64,000 nt of DNA from Deltaproteobacteria bacterium. GTDB lineage: Bacteria; Myxococcota_A; Polyangia; Polyangiales; Houyiibacteriaceae. The notes beneath the pieces were generated by a model. The model did no database searches, had not been told where the DNA came from, and saw only the letters and a list, made by a program, of their open reading frames with translations. The stretch lies in assembly GCA_034670305.1 (NCBI GenBank), contig JAXMNT010000025.1, positions 1 through 64,000 on the forward strand, read 5' to 3'. The translations under genes were made by a program, and so were the position numbers. This document shows positions 17,657 through 27,477 of this stretch, one piece after another; position 1 is the first letter of the stretch, and each line of letters opens with the position of its first letter.

Positions 17657-20600
17657 GCCTCCGAGCGTTCCACGGCTGTCGGATTCTGATGTGCAGCATC
17701 GCGTTGGTGGTGGCCTGCGGCGACGACGACTCCACTATGCCGGATGCGGGCGCCATGGACGCGCCCGCCGAGTGCACCGTGAGCGCCGAGTGCGACGACG
17801 GGCTTCACTGCAATGGCACCGAGACCTGCACCGACGGGCAGTGCCTGTTCGGCGCGGTGCCCGACTGCGACGACGGCATCGCGTGCACCTTCGACGAATG
17901 CGACGAAGAAGCAGACGCCTGCATCCACGCAGCGCCCGATCTCGATGGCGACGGCGCGCGCGACATGGCCTGCGTGGACCTCGACGGCGAACCGCTCGGA
18001 TCCGACTGCGCCGACGACGACCCGTTCCGGTTCCCTGGCAACCCAGAGGTCTGCGACACCGAGGGCCACGACGAGGACTGTGATCTGGAGACGATCGGCG
18101 ACCGTGACCTCGACCGCGACGGCTTCATCGACGCGGTGTGCTGCAACCCGGACGAGAGCGGCGACGTCGGCCTCTGCGGCAACGACTGCAACGATGCACG
18201 CGCGAACGTGAACCTGGAAGCTGCCGAAGCGTGCGACCGCGTCGACAACGACTGCGACGGCGCGATCGACGAGGGTGTGTTGGTGGCTGGATTCGTCGAC
18301 GCGGACCGAGACGGCTTCGGGGACGAGACGATGCCGCTCGAGGCGTGCGCGGGTGCACCCGGGTTCGTTCTGTCGGGGGGCGCATTCGACTGCGACGACA
18401 CCGACATCGCGGTCAACCCCGGCCAACTCGAGATCTGCGATGGTCGCGACAACGACTGCGACGACGCCACGAGCGACGACGATGCGGTGCCGGTGAACTG
18501 GTACCGCGACGTGGATGGGGACGGCTTCGGCAGCGCGCTCTCGGGCCTGACCGTGAGCTGCGAACCGGTCCCCGGCCACTCGCTCCGCGACACCGACTGC
18601 AACGACGCGGTCGCCTCGATCTCCCCGGCTGCCGCCGAGGTGTGCGACGCGCTCGACAACGACTGCAACGGGCTGGCGGACTTCGAGATCGCGCCCGGCG
18701 ACTTCGAGGACGACGACGGCGACGGGCTCGTCGACATCGCCTGCGGTGCGCCCCGCGGCGTCGACTGCGACGACAACGACCCCGACGCCGGTCCAGGCAC
18801 TTCGGAGCGCTGCGACGGCCGCGACAACGACTGCGATGCACGCGTGGACGAAGGCGCCGCCGACCTCTCGTGGTTCTTCGACGCCGACGGCGATGGCCAC
18901 GGCGCCGAGAGCGGGGCCAACCCGGTCGTGCGCGACTGCGTGCCGCCGCCCGGGCACGTCGCGAGTGGCGCGGACTGCGACGACGCCGATGCGGACGTGC
19001 GACCCGGCGCCACCGAGGTCTGCGACATGGCCGACGGCGACTGCGACGGAGCGGTGGACGAAGGCGGCGTGTGCAGTTGCCCCACGGGGCTTGGCGACTG
19101 CGACGGAAACGGGACCTGCGAGACCGACACCACCCGCACCGTCGACCATTGCGGCGCATGCGGGAGCGACTGCGCCGGGCGCGCCGACGTGGGCGCGGCG
19201 CGATGTCGCGCCGGCCGCTGCGAGGTCGCCGCGTGTGTGGCCGGAACCGAAGACTGCAACGGCACGTTCGACGACGGCTGCGAGACCGATGTGCGCAACG
19301 ACGCGTCTTCGTGCGGCGCATGCGGAGACGCGTGTGTGGCAGGTCCGCAGGTCGCCACGATGCGGTGCTCCGGTGGACGCTGCCGGGTTGGCACCTGCAC
19401 CGCCGGCTTCGGCGATTGCAACGGGGACCCGGCGGACGGGTGCGAGGTCGACCTCTCGAACTCCAGTCTCCACTGCGGCCGCTGTGGCGCGGCGTGTCTG
19501 GGCACCGGCGGTGGCTCGGCGATGTGTGTCGCGGCCGTCTGCCAACACGAGTGCCGCGCCAACTTCACGGAGGACTGCAACGGCGATCCTCTGGACGGGT
19601 GCGAGACACCGACCGACACCATCACCGACTGCGGCGACTGCGGCACTGTTTGCATGGGCGACGGCATCGGAGGCGACGCGGTGTGCGAACTCGAACCGGC
19701 CAGCGGAGGTCGCCTCTGCGGCATTCGGTGCGACCCCGGATTCGCGGACTGCGACGACAACCCGGAGACCGGGTGCGAGGAGATGGTCACCGACACCGAC
19801 TGCACCTGCGGCGGCACGCCGAGCGAAGACTGCACGACCATCTTCGGGACCGGCGCGACGGCTTCTTGCCGCGGAGACAAGGGCGAAGCGCGCTGCTTCG
19901 CGACGGCGTGCGGCACCGGAGACAGCCTCTGCGATGGCCGTTGTGTGAACACGGGGTTCGACCGAGACAACTGTGGCGCCTGCGGTCGCAGCTGTGGTGG
20001 CGGCGACTGTGTCGCTGGCGCGTGCGACTGCCAACCGGCCGGAACGACCCCTGCGTTCTGCGCGGGCGACGGCTGCGTGGACCTCGACGTCGACCCCGCG
20101 CACTGTGGCGGTTGCGGCGTGCGGTGCACGGCCGGCGAACGCTGCGAGGGGGGCAGCTGCGCGTTCGATTGCGGCAGCCGCACCTTCTGCGGTCTGTCTG
20201 GTTGCGTCGATCCGCTCTCCGACCCACTTCACTGCGGCGGCTGCGACATGCCTTGCGGTGCAGGCGAGCGCTGCGATTTCGGTTCGTGCGCCCCCGACTG
20301 CACCTTCCCCGAGGACGACTGCGGAGAAGCGACGTGCTCGGATCTGCGCAGCGACCCGTCCCACTGCGGCCGGTGTTTCCGAAGCTGTAGCGTAGGCGCG
20401 AACGCGACCGACGCCATGTGCGATGGCGGAGCGTGTGAACAGGTGTGCGATCCAGGGTTCGCGGACTGCGATGGCGACGCAGGCAACGGATGCGAAGCGG
20501 ACCTCTCTGCGCCCGAGACCTGCGGAAGTTGCGACCACGACTGCGGCGCCGCGGGGATGTGCAGCTTCGGCTACTGCGACGAGGTGCTGTCGGTCTCGGC

Positions 20601-21690
20601 GAGCCAACGCGTCTCCTGTGCCATTCGCAGTGGAGGCGGTCTCGCGTGCTGGGGCGACAACAGCACTGGCCAACTCGCTCGCGACCCCAGCGGTCTCTCG
20701 ACGAGTACGGTTCCGCTGCACATTCCTCTCCCTGCCCCCGTCTCGCAAGTGGCGATCGGATTGAACTCGATCTGTGCGCTTCTGCACGATCCGTCCCCGC
20801 GGGTGTTCTGCTGGGGGTCGGATGCCTTCGAGCAGCTCGGCGATGGGCCGGGACAGCCAGGCGGTCGCGTGGCCGGCTACGAACCGTTCGAGGTCTCAGC
20901 GCTCTCCTCCGTGGACGAGGTCGTGACGCTGGAATCGGGCTGGGCCCATGCGTGCGCGCTCACCCGTACGGGCGGGAGCCGCGAAGTCTACTGCTGGGGC
21001 AACAACCATCAGTTCCAGGCGGGCGTCGCCGACGCGATGCCCGTGGACACGCCGACTCTGCGTGGCTTTGCCTCGGTCCCACAACGCCTCTTCATGGGTG
21101 CGGACACCAACTGCGTGGAGGTGTCTGGTGCCGCCGGTCAAACCCACCTCGAGTGCTGGGGGGATGGGCGTCTTGGCCAGACCCGGACGTCCACGTCCAG
21201 CGCCACGCCGGTGGTGAGCAACTACGCTTCCAGCGACGACTTGCGCTCGCTGGGTCAAGGCCACCAGCACGCGTGCAGCGTGGTGGCCGGCGGCCTGTGG
21301 TGTTGGGGATCCGACGCCTCCAACCAGACCACGATCGGGTTCACGACGCCCACCCCCACGAACGTATCGACACCAGCGGGCGACCTGGTGGAGGTGGTCT
21401 CCGGCGGCAGCACGACGTGTGTCCGTGACGCCGCTCGCGCGGTGTACTGCACCGGCTTGAACACCGCGGGCGGGCTCGTCGATGGCGCCCCGGATCCGAC
21501 CCTGGACTGGGAACCGATCATCACGCCGGCACCGATCGCGGCCATGGTGGCCGGCAACAACCACCAGTGCGCGCTCAGCACCGGAGGACACGTGTATTGC
21601 TGGGGATTGAACGCGTACGGCCAGCTCGGCTACGAAACCGCTGGCAGCCACAACGGCGTCCTGCGGCAGGTCGAGGGGTTGACCCCATGA
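17653..21690 (+). CDS. Giant Cys-rich lipoprotein, paralog 2
   Basis: ATGA overlap, lipobox LVVAC-GDDD, same domain order as paralog 1. Confidence 0.88.
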   Translation: MSLRAFHGCRILMCSIALVVACGDDDSTMPDAGAMDAPAECTVSAECDDGLHCNGTETCTDGQCLFGAVPDCDDGIACTFDECDEEADACIHAAPDLDGDGARDMACVDLDGEPLGSDCADDDPFRFPGNPEVCDTEGHDEDCDLETIGDRDLDRDGFIDAVCCNPDESGDVGLCGNDCNDARANVNLEAAEACDRVDNDCDGAIDEGVLVAGFVDADRDGFGDETMPLEACAGAPGFVLSGGAFDCDDTDIAVNPGQLEICDGRDNDCDDATSDDDAVPVNWYRDVDGDGFGSALSGLTVSCEPVPGHSLRDTDCNDAVASISPAAAEVCDALDNDCNGLADFEIAPGDFEDDDGDGLVDIACGAPRGVDCDDNDPDAGPGTSERCDGRDNDCDARVDEGAADLSWFFDADGDGHGAESGANPVVRDCVPPPGHVASGADCDDADADVRPGATEVCDMADGDCDGAVDEGGVCSCPTGLGDCDGNGTCETDTTRTVDHCGACGSDCAGRADVGAARCRAGRCEVAACVAGTEDCNGTFDDGCETDVRNDASSCGACGDACVAGPQVATMRCSGGRCRVGTCTAGFGDCNGDPADGCEVDLSNSSLHCGRCGAACLGTGGGSAMCVAAVCQHECRANFTEDCNGDPLDGCETPTDTITDCGDCGTVCMGDGIGGDAVCELEPASGGRLCGIRCDPGFADCDDNPETGCEEMVTDTDCTCGGTPSEDCTTIFGTGATASCRGDKGEARCFATACGTGDSLCDGRCVNTGFDRDNCGACGRSCGGGDCVAGACDCQPAGTTPAFCAGDGCVDLDVDPAHCGGCGVRCTAGERCEGGSCAFDCGSRTFCGLSGCVDPLSDPLHCGGCDMPCGAGERCDFGSCAPDCTFPEDDCGEATCSDLRSDPSHCGRCFRSCSVGANATDAMCDGGACEQVCDPGFADCDGDAGNGCEADLSAPETCGSCDHDCGAAGMCSFGYCDEVLSVSASQRVSCAIRSGGGLACWGDNSTGQLARDPSGLSTSTVPLHIPLPAPVSQVAIGLNSICALLHDPSPRVFCWGSDAFEQLGDGPGQPGGRVAGYEPFEVSALSSVDEVVTLESGWAHACALTRTGGSREVYCWGNNHQFQAGVADAMPVDTPTLRGFASVPQRLFMGADTNCVEVSGAAGQTHLECWGDGRLGQTRTSTSSATPVVSNYASSDDLRSLGQGHQHACSVVAGGLWCWGSDASNQTTIGFTTPTPTNVSTPAGDLVEVVSGGSTTCVRDAARAVYCTGLNTAGGLVDGAPDPTLDWEPIITPAPIAAMVAGNNHQCALSTGGHVYCWGLNAYGQLGYETAGSHNGVLRQVEGLTP

Positions 21691-24600
21691 TGCGTACTCG
21701 ACCCACGATTCCACTGGCACTCTCGAGGTGTGCTCTGCTCGCGCTGGTCGTCTTCTCGAGCGCGTGCGGTGATGACTCTGCAGTGACGCCCGACGGTGCG
21801 ATGGACGACGGCGGAACCGACGTTGGGCCCGAGTGCCTGAGCGCTCGAGAATGCGACGATGGGCTCTTCTGCAATGGCGTCGAGACCTGCTCGGAGGCCG
21901 GCGTCTGCGTGGCGGGCGAGGACGTGTTCTGCGACGACGAGGTCGCGTGCACGACAGACTTCTGCGACGACGAGATCGACCGCTGCGTCTCGGCTGCGCC
22001 CGACCTCGACGGAGATGGCAGCGGCGACGCTTCGTGCGTGGACGGGGAGGGCAACCCGCTCGGCGCCGACTGCAACGACGACGACCCGCTGACCTTCCCG
22101 GGCAATCCCGAGGTCTGCGACTTCGAGGGCCACGACGAGGACTGTGACCCGGAGACGATCGGCCGACGCGACGTGGACGGAGACGGGTTCACCGACGCGG
22201 TGTGCTGCAACGGCGACCTGTGCGGCACCGACTGCGACGATCTGCGCGCCAACACGAACCCCGCGACCACCGAGGTGTGCGACCGGGTCGACAACGACTG
22301 CGACGGCCTCATCGACGAGGGCGTCCTGATCAGCGGCTTCGTCGACGCGGACCGCGACGGGTTCGGCGACGGCACGATGCCGCTCGAGGCGTGCGCGAGC
22401 CGGGCAGGCTTCGTGGCGGCGGGCGGCCCCCTCGACTGCGACGACACGGACCTCGCGGTGAACCCCGGCCAGGTGGAGATCTGCGACGGGCGCGACAACG
22501 ACTGCGACGACGCCACCACCGACGCAGACGGCCGCCCAGTGGAGTGGTTCCGCGACGCGGACGGCGACGGCTTCGGCAGCCGCGCCGGCGGCATCGTCAC
22601 AAGCTGCGAGCCGGTCGCTGGGCACTCGCTGCGCGACAGCGACTGCGACGACGACGATGGTGGCATTCATCCCGCCGCGGCCGAAGCCTGCAACGGGCTC
22701 GACGACGACTGCAACGGCGCGGCGGACTTCGAGGTCGCGCCAGGCGACTTCGAGGACGACGACGGCGACGGACTGCTCGACCTCGGATGCGGCGCGCTCG
22801 GCACCGACTGCGACGACCGCGACCCGACCGCCGGCCCCGGAAGCGAAGAGGCGTGCGACGGGCGCGACAACGACTGCGACGAGCTCGTGGACGAAGGCGC
22901 CGACGACCGAAGTTGGTTCGCGGACATCGACGGCGACGGATTCGGCACCAACGACGATCCGGACAACCCGGTGATCCGATCCTGCGTGCCGCCGCCCCGC
23001 TACGTGGGCAACGTCGACGACTGCGCCGACCGCGATCCGGATCGTTTCCCCGGCGCGGTCGAGACCTGCAACCGGCTCGACGACGACTGCGACCGAGCGG
23101 TGGACGAAGACGGTGTGTGCGGGTGCCCCGCGGGGCTCTCGGATTGTGACGGAGACGGCTCCTGCGAGACCGACACGCGGAGCGACGCGGCGAACTGCGG
23201 TGGCTGCGGCAGTGTGTGCGCGATGGAGAGTGGTGTCGTGGAGGTCGCGTGTCGCGCGTCGGTGTGTCGAGTGGAGCGCTGCGCGCCGGGCCGCGGCGAC
23301 TGCGACGGCTTCGCCCGCACCGGGTGCGAGTCCTTCTTGTCGGACGACCCGGCGAACTGTGGGGGCTGCGACCGCGGGTGCTTCGCGGACTTCGGCACCG
23401 GCGTGCTCGAGACGTCGTGCGACGGCGGCGCCTGTCAGGTCGCGTTCTGCGACGACGGGCTCGGGGACTGCAACGGCCGCATCGTCGACGGCTGCGAGCG
23501 GCCGCTCTTGAACGATCCGCTCAACTGCGGCGGGTGCGGTGTCGTGTGTCCGTCGGTGCTCGGACCGCCGCGTTGCGAGTCCGGCTCGTGCGTCGCGCCT
23601 TGCGTGCCTGGGCAAACCGCCGACTGCGACGGGGACCCGCGCAACGGCTGCGAGACCGCGCTCGACACCATGGAGCACTGCGGCGGCTGCGGCACGGTGT
23701 GCCCCGCTCCAGCGGTTGGGCTCTCGAGTGCGTGTGTGCGGCGCTCGGAAGGAGCCGTGCCGAGGTGCGAGGTGCATTGCGAGGGCGCGCGTGCCGATTG
23801 CAACGACGATCTCTCCGATGGGTGCGAAGCGACGATCACGGAAGATGCGTGCGGCTGTCCCGGAGACACGATCGTCAACTGCGCGGCCGCGTTCGGCTTC
23901 GGCAACTCGGGCCGCTGCGAAGGTGGCTTCGGTGAGGCCAGCTGCGTGCTCGAGACCTGCGCGATGGGCGAGGTGTGCGACGGCGCCTGCGCGGACATCG
24001 ACGGCGACCCGGCCAACTGCGGCGGCTGCGGATTCGAGTGCGGCGGTGGTGGCACGTGTGTGGCGGGCACATGCGAATGCGGCGCGCTCGACAGCTGCGA
24101 CGGTCGCTGCGTCGACAGCATGAGCGACCCGTTTCACTGCGGGGGCTGCGACCGCCCGTGCGCCGCGAGTGAGGTCTGCGACGCCGGGACGTGCCGCCTC
24201 GAGTGCACCACCGGACTCACCGACTGCGGCGGCGGGTGCGTCGACACCCGCACCGACTTCTTCCACTGCGGGGGATGCAGCAACCCATGCAACTCCATCG
24301 AGGCGTGTGAACGCGGCGCGTGCGTGCTCACGTGTTCGCGGACCGGCCTCACCTCCTGCGGTTCGGCGTGCGCGGACCTCGAGGTCGACGACCAACACTG
24401 CGGCGCCTGCGGCAACGCATGCCCTGCGCCCGGCGCGGGTGCGTCCTCGATCGGATGCGAGGATTTCGCGTGCCGGACGACGTGCGATGCAGGCCTCGCG
24501 GATTGTGACGCCGACCCGACCACCTGCGAGACGAGCGTTCTTGCGGACGCCAACAACTGCGGCGGCTGCGGCATCGACTGCGGCATGGGCGGGGTCTGTA

Positions 24601-25733
24601 CGGCCGGCGTGTGCGACACGATCGTCCAGGTCGACACCAGCAGCGCCCACTCGTGCGCGGTGCGGAGCAGCGGCAACCTCGTCTGCTGGGGCCAGAACGA
24701 CAACCGTCAGCTGGGCGTGGCGGCCCCCACTCGGAGTGCGACGCCGGTGCAGGTCCCGCTCACCGGTGTCACCGACGTCGCGCTCGGGCAGGGCTTCAGC
24801 TGCGCCATCGCGTTCGACGGCGGCTCGGGCGAAGACCGCGTGCACTGCTGGGGCACCGATGCGCAGGGCGAGCGCGGTGACGGAGGCGGTGCGGAGGCCG
24901 CAAGCGAGGTGCCGCAGGTCCATGTGCCGCCGGCCGGCTTCTTCCCGGTGTCGGTGGTCGTCGGGACGAGCCACGGCTGCGCACTCTACGAGGACTCCGG
25001 CGGTGCGACCGCGCTGCACTGCTGGGGCGAAGGCGAAAACGGACAGTCCGGCAACGGCGTCCTCACCGATCGCTACGACCAAGGCGCCGTCGCGCTGTCC
25101 CCTTCCGTCGCGCACGTCATCGCGTCCGGTCACGGCGTGTGCGTGGAACCCGTGGATACCACGGGCGGCCTGGCGCTGACCTGCTTCGGCGCCAACGTCG
25201 ACGGGCAGCTCACCCGCACCGCGAGCGCGCGCGAAGTGACTCCGGCCGCAGGGGCGACGATGCCGTTCGAACGCATCGAGTGGCTCGCGATGGGCGACGG
25301 CCACGGGTGCGTGGTCGTCGGTGGCCGACCCTGGTGCTGGGGCAGCGACGCGAGCAACCAGATCGGCACCGGCGGGACGAGCCACATCCCCGCCGCTGCG
25401 CCGCCGATCCCGGGCGCGCGCATCGAAGAACTCTCCATGGACGCGAACGCGACCTGCGCGCTGACGGACGCGGGCGCGGTCTACTGCCGTGGGGAGAACC
25501 CGATGGGCCGGCTCGTCACGGGCGGCCCCGATCCAGTCACCGCCTGGACCCGCATCAACGCGCTCGGGTTCGCCGCGGTGCAGTTGAGCGACGGAGCCGG
25601 CGCCCACCGCTGCGCCATCGTGGCCAACGGCGACGTCTTCTGCTGGGGCCAGAACACGGACGGCCAGACGGGCCACGGCACGTTGGACGAAACAGCGGCG
25701 CCAGTCCGGCAGGTCGTCGACCTGACGGACTGA
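21687..25733 (+). CDS. Giant Cys-rich lipoprotein, paralog 3
   Basis: ATGA overlap, lipobox FSSAC-GDD, same domain order as paralog 1. Confidence 0.88.
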   Translation: MMRTRPTIPLALSRCALLALVVFSSACGDDSAVTPDGAMDDGGTDVGPECLSARECDDGLFCNGVETCSEAGVCVAGEDVFCDDEVACTTDFCDDEIDRCVSAAPDLDGDGSGDASCVDGEGNPLGADCNDDDPLTFPGNPEVCDFEGHDEDCDPETIGRRDVDGDGFTDAVCCNGDLCGTDCDDLRANTNPATTEVCDRVDNDCDGLIDEGVLISGFVDADRDGFGDGTMPLEACASRAGFVAAGGPLDCDDTDLAVNPGQVEICDGRDNDCDDATTDADGRPVEWFRDADGDGFGSRAGGIVTSCEPVAGHSLRDSDCDDDDGGIHPAAAEACNGLDDDCNGAADFEVAPGDFEDDDGDGLLDLGCGALGTDCDDRDPTAGPGSEEACDGRDNDCDELVDEGADDRSWFADIDGDGFGTNDDPDNPVIRSCVPPPRYVGNVDDCADRDPDRFPGAVETCNRLDDDCDRAVDEDGVCGCPAGLSDCDGDGSCETDTRSDAANCGGCGSVCAMESGVVEVACRASVCRVERCAPGRGDCDGFARTGCESFLSDDPANCGGCDRGCFADFGTGVLETSCDGGACQVAFCDDGLGDCNGRIVDGCERPLLNDPLNCGGCGVVCPSVLGPPRCESGSCVAPCVPGQTADCDGDPRNGCETALDTMEHCGGCGTVCPAPAVGLSSACVRRSEGAVPRCEVHCEGARADCNDDLSDGCEATITEDACGCPGDTIVNCAAAFGFGNSGRCEGGFGEASCVLETCAMGEVCDGACADIDGDPANCGGCGFECGGGGTCVAGTCECGALDSCDGRCVDSMSDPFHCGGCDRPCAASEVCDAGTCRLECTTGLTDCGGGCVDTRTDFFHCGGCSNPCNSIEACERGACVLTCSRTGLTSCGSACADLEVDDQHCGACGNACPAPGAGASSIGCEDFACRTTCDAGLADCDADPTTCETSVLADANNCGGCGIDCGMGGVCTAGVCDTIVQVDTSSAHSCAVRSSGNLVCWGQNDNRQLGVAAPTRSATPVQVPLTGVTDVALGQGFSCAIAFDGGSGEDRVHCWGTDAQGERGDGGGAEAASEVPQVHVPPAGFFPVSVVVGTSHGCALYEDSGGATALHCWGEGENGQSGNGVLTDRYDQGAVALSPSVAHVIASGHGVCVEPVDTTGGLALTCFGANVDGQLTRTASAREVTPAAGATMPFERIEWLAMGDGHGCVVVGGRPWCWGSDASNQIGTGGTSHIPAAAPPIPGARIEELSMDANATCALTDAGAVYCRGENPMGRLVTGGPDPVTAWTRINALGFAAVQLSDGAGAHRCAIVANGDVFCWGQNTDGQTGHGTLDETAAPVRQVVDLTD

Positions 25734-25901
25734 GGGCTGGGCCGCCGGCCTGGGTCGGCGTCGTGGGTATTGGGCCGGAACTCCTCCGACCTCCCCCCTG
25801 AAACGGAACGGGCGCTGGCGAGTGACGCGACGCGCCGGAGAGAACTCGTCCACCCCGGCGCTCGAGCCTGTCCTCTTCGCCCTCCGTTCGGCAGCGGTTG
25901 G

Positions 25902-26000
25902 GGCGTCGGCTTCGGGATCGGCTTCGGCGTCGGCGTCGGCGTCGGCTTCGGGATCGGCTTCGGCGTCGGTTTCGGTGCTGGCGTCGGTTTCGGCGTCAGC
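25902..26000. repeat. Hexamer tract in inverted orientation (TCGGCG/TCGGCT)n
   Basis: Reverse complement of the GCCGAN tracts. Abuts the stop codon at 25996. Confidence 0.9.
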
Positions 26001-26538
26001 TTCCACGTCCAGTTTTCGCGTCCAGTTTCGCCAGACGAAAGAGAACGAACTTAGGGCGGAGCCAAGTGCTTCTGGAGCGTTGATATGTAGTCGCTCGGGT
26101 CGGTGAACGCGCCCGCAGCCAGCTCTGGGCCAGCTCGGACTTGGCGAACGCGTGCGCTGACTCTTCGCTCAGATCGCCGTCGTGAGCGACAGTGTAGATG
26201 CCGAACAACTCGTCGAAGTGCAATCCCACGAGCTGCTCCACCAACGGGCACCTGCCGGAACAACGGTGGTCGCGAGAAGCGCTGGCGTACTCCGCGGCAG
26301 CATCGTTCATGGAGTCCGCGATCGACTCGTAGCCGTCCGATCGGATCGCTGAACCCGTGGACCAGAGCGGTTCATGCACATCGCACATCCACCGCAGCGC
26401 TTGTGCGCACGACGCGGAGCGTAAGCGCTCATCGAAGCGTTGTACGAGGGACGGTTCATGCGCCCGCTCGCAGATCTCGAGCCACAGTTGGTACTCGTCG
26501 GACACCTGGTAGATGCTAGCGCCAACGCCTGCAATCAC
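25996..26538 (-). CDS. Hypothetical protein (AT-richer, coupled to CdiI-like gene)
   Basis: GTG overlaps the TGA of the upstream gene (GTGA 26538-26535). No family recognised. Confidence 0.5.
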   Translation of the reverse strand: MIAGVGASIYQVSDEYQLWLEICERAHEPSLVQRFDERLRSASCAQALRWMCDVHEPLWSTGSAIRSDGYESIADSMNDAAAEYASASRDHRCSGRCPLVEQLVGLHFDELFGIYTVAHDGDLSEESAHAFAKSELAQSWLRARSPTRATTYQRSRSTWLRPKFVLFRLAKLDAKTGRGS

Positions 26539-26957
26539 TCTACGAGTTCCACCCGCCAGGCCAGTCCGCGTCGCGGCAGCGTCCATTCGGAGACGCCGCG
26601 CGCGCGCGGTTCCATCCACGAGCGCGCTTGGTCCGGAGTGAAAGTCCGTGGGTAGTTCGCCAGCACCAGCAGGCGCTGCTGAAGATGCACGTGGGCGTCG
26701 TTCACGTAGAGGAGCCACAGCCAGACGATGCCCTCCCGCTCGGTCGGGTCGTCCATCGAGGAGATCACCACGCTCGAGGTTCCCGCGTCGATGTCTTCGC
26801 AGGCGGCCGTCCATTGCGTCAGGTAGTCACTGGGTTGCCAGAAGCGGAGAGAGACTCCGAAACTCTCGTTTAGGTTGCCGAACGCGATCCTTCCCACAGC
26901 GTCCCCGAAGTCGGTGCGGGCGCGGGGTTCGAGGCGGAGACGGAGTTCGTGCTTCAC
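26535..26957 (-). CDS. CdiI-like toxin immunity protein (Enterobacter cloacae CdiI/CdiI_N type)
   Basis: Motif order SLRFWQPSDYLTQW...VISSMDDP...WLWLLY...VHLQQRLLVL...FTP...PR...VSEW matches my recollection of the family pattern LSYWxxxDYxxxW/SMYxP/WxLY/VYxQN/ISEW. Confidence 0.7.
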   Translation of the reverse strand: MKHELRLRLEPRARTDFGDAVGRIAFGNLNESFGVSLRFWQPSDYLTQWTAACEDIDAGTSSVVISSMDDPTEREGIVWLWLLYVNDAHVHLQQRLLVLANYPRTFTPDQARSWMEPRARGVSEWTLPRRGLAWRVELVE

Positions 26958-27106
26958 GGGAGTTCCGTAGTCAACTCGCGCAAGCACCCGAGTTCATCGA
27001 CCGGCACGCGCGCCGGCAAATCGTCCAGTCCCGCCCGAACGAAACTCACGCCTCCGCACGAATTCATCCAAGTGAGTTAAGACGGATACCCACGAAGTCC
27101 ACGCAA

Positions 27107-27370
<264 letters not shown>

Positions 27371-27477
27371 CTCGGCGGTTTGGGTCAACTGACCCCTGCG
27401 GGGTGCGCCGGGCAGGACACACCGCCTCGGACTGTCCCGCGCACCGCAGCGGATCGGTGTTTGCAGTGCATGGGTGC

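Noticed and set aside
13670-25733. Diversity-generating retroelement acting on the paralogs
   Set aside because: No reverse transcriptase and no TR/VR pair with adenine-specific differences noticed
11945-26006. Very long antisense ORFs (988, 1121 and 1458 aa)
   Set aside because: Shadow frames of GC-rich Cys/Asp-coding genes with no recognisable motifs
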